Assembly (NCBI GenBank): GCA_965223345.1
Contig: CBDCWG010000012.1
Location: forward strand, 352,001-416,000
Direction of reading: 5' to 3'
Origin: Nitrospinales bacterium
GTDB taxonomy: Bacteria > Nitrospinota > Nitrospinia > Nitrospinales > VA-1
DNA length: 64,000 bases
Numbering within the stretch: the first letter of the stretch is position 1; the number at the start of each line of letters is the position of its first letter. The notes below the pieces were generated by a model that did not search any database, had not been told where the DNA came from, and saw only the letters and a program-made list of their open reading frames with translations. Positions 63,733 through 64,000 of this stretch are shown here, in pieces. Made by a program: the position numbers and the translations under genes.

Positions 63733-64000
63733 ATGACGGAAGCCAAGGACATCGACGACAGCCTGGAGTTTCTCCGCTATTTCGAGCGCTACACGCACAA
63801 TCCGGGGCTGGCGGAACTGGTGCAGCAGAAATCCAGCCTCGATAAAAAATCGCTCGACCTGTCCAGCTGCCAGCTCTCGGAAACGGATTTTGAGGCGCTG
63901 GCGGGTATGGAACCGCTGGCGCGCCTCACCGGTCTCAACCTCGATCAGACCGGGCTGACCACGGCGGGGCTCGCGCATCTGGTGACCTCGAAACTGTTCT
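63733..64000 (+). CDS. Leucine-rich repeat protein (5' part; runs off the window)
   Basis: Manual translation MTEAKDIDDSLEFLRYFERY...SLDLSSCQLSETDFEALA...LTGLNLDQTGLTTAGLAHL shows LxLxxxxL RI-like repeats. Confidence 0.65.
   Translation, partial: MTEAKDIDDSLEFLRYFERYTHNPGLAELVQQKSSLDKKSLDLSSCQLSETDFEALAGMEPLARLTGLNLDQTGLTTAGLAHLVTSKLF

Overview
High-GC bacterial chromosomal window. The gene content suggests a Nitrospinota (Nitrospina-like) nitrite oxidiser; this is inferred from the UBact-type proteasome locus, monomeric Icd plus Mdh/FumC and lineage-type hypothetical proteins. Most of it is housekeeping: mlaE, lexA-osmC-dinB, mdh/icd, glnD, pheA-tyrA-cmk-rpsA-sppA-ihf-aroC, rpoH-like sigma, fumC, parDE, fetAB-like ABC pair, nadA, dinG, pyrF and smc. 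The centrepiece is a complete, mostly translationally coupled bacterial proteasome/tagging operon (arc-dop-ubact-prcB-prcA-pafA, 36343-42666) with a 58-aa UBact tag that the ORF track does not call correctly. Other notable items: a SIR2-TPR protein downstream of two CDP-alcohol phosphotransferases; a GlnD whose HD motif reads QS; tandem NrdR-like boxes upstream of smc; a candidate LexA operator; a 50-aa membrane protein behind a sigma54-like promoter; nested REP/MITE-like repeats; and a frameshift-dense stretch (about 43.2-46.1 kb) that may be a sequencing artefact. No rRNA, tRNA, CRISPR array or transposase was recognised. All family calls come from motif recognition by eye, with no database search.
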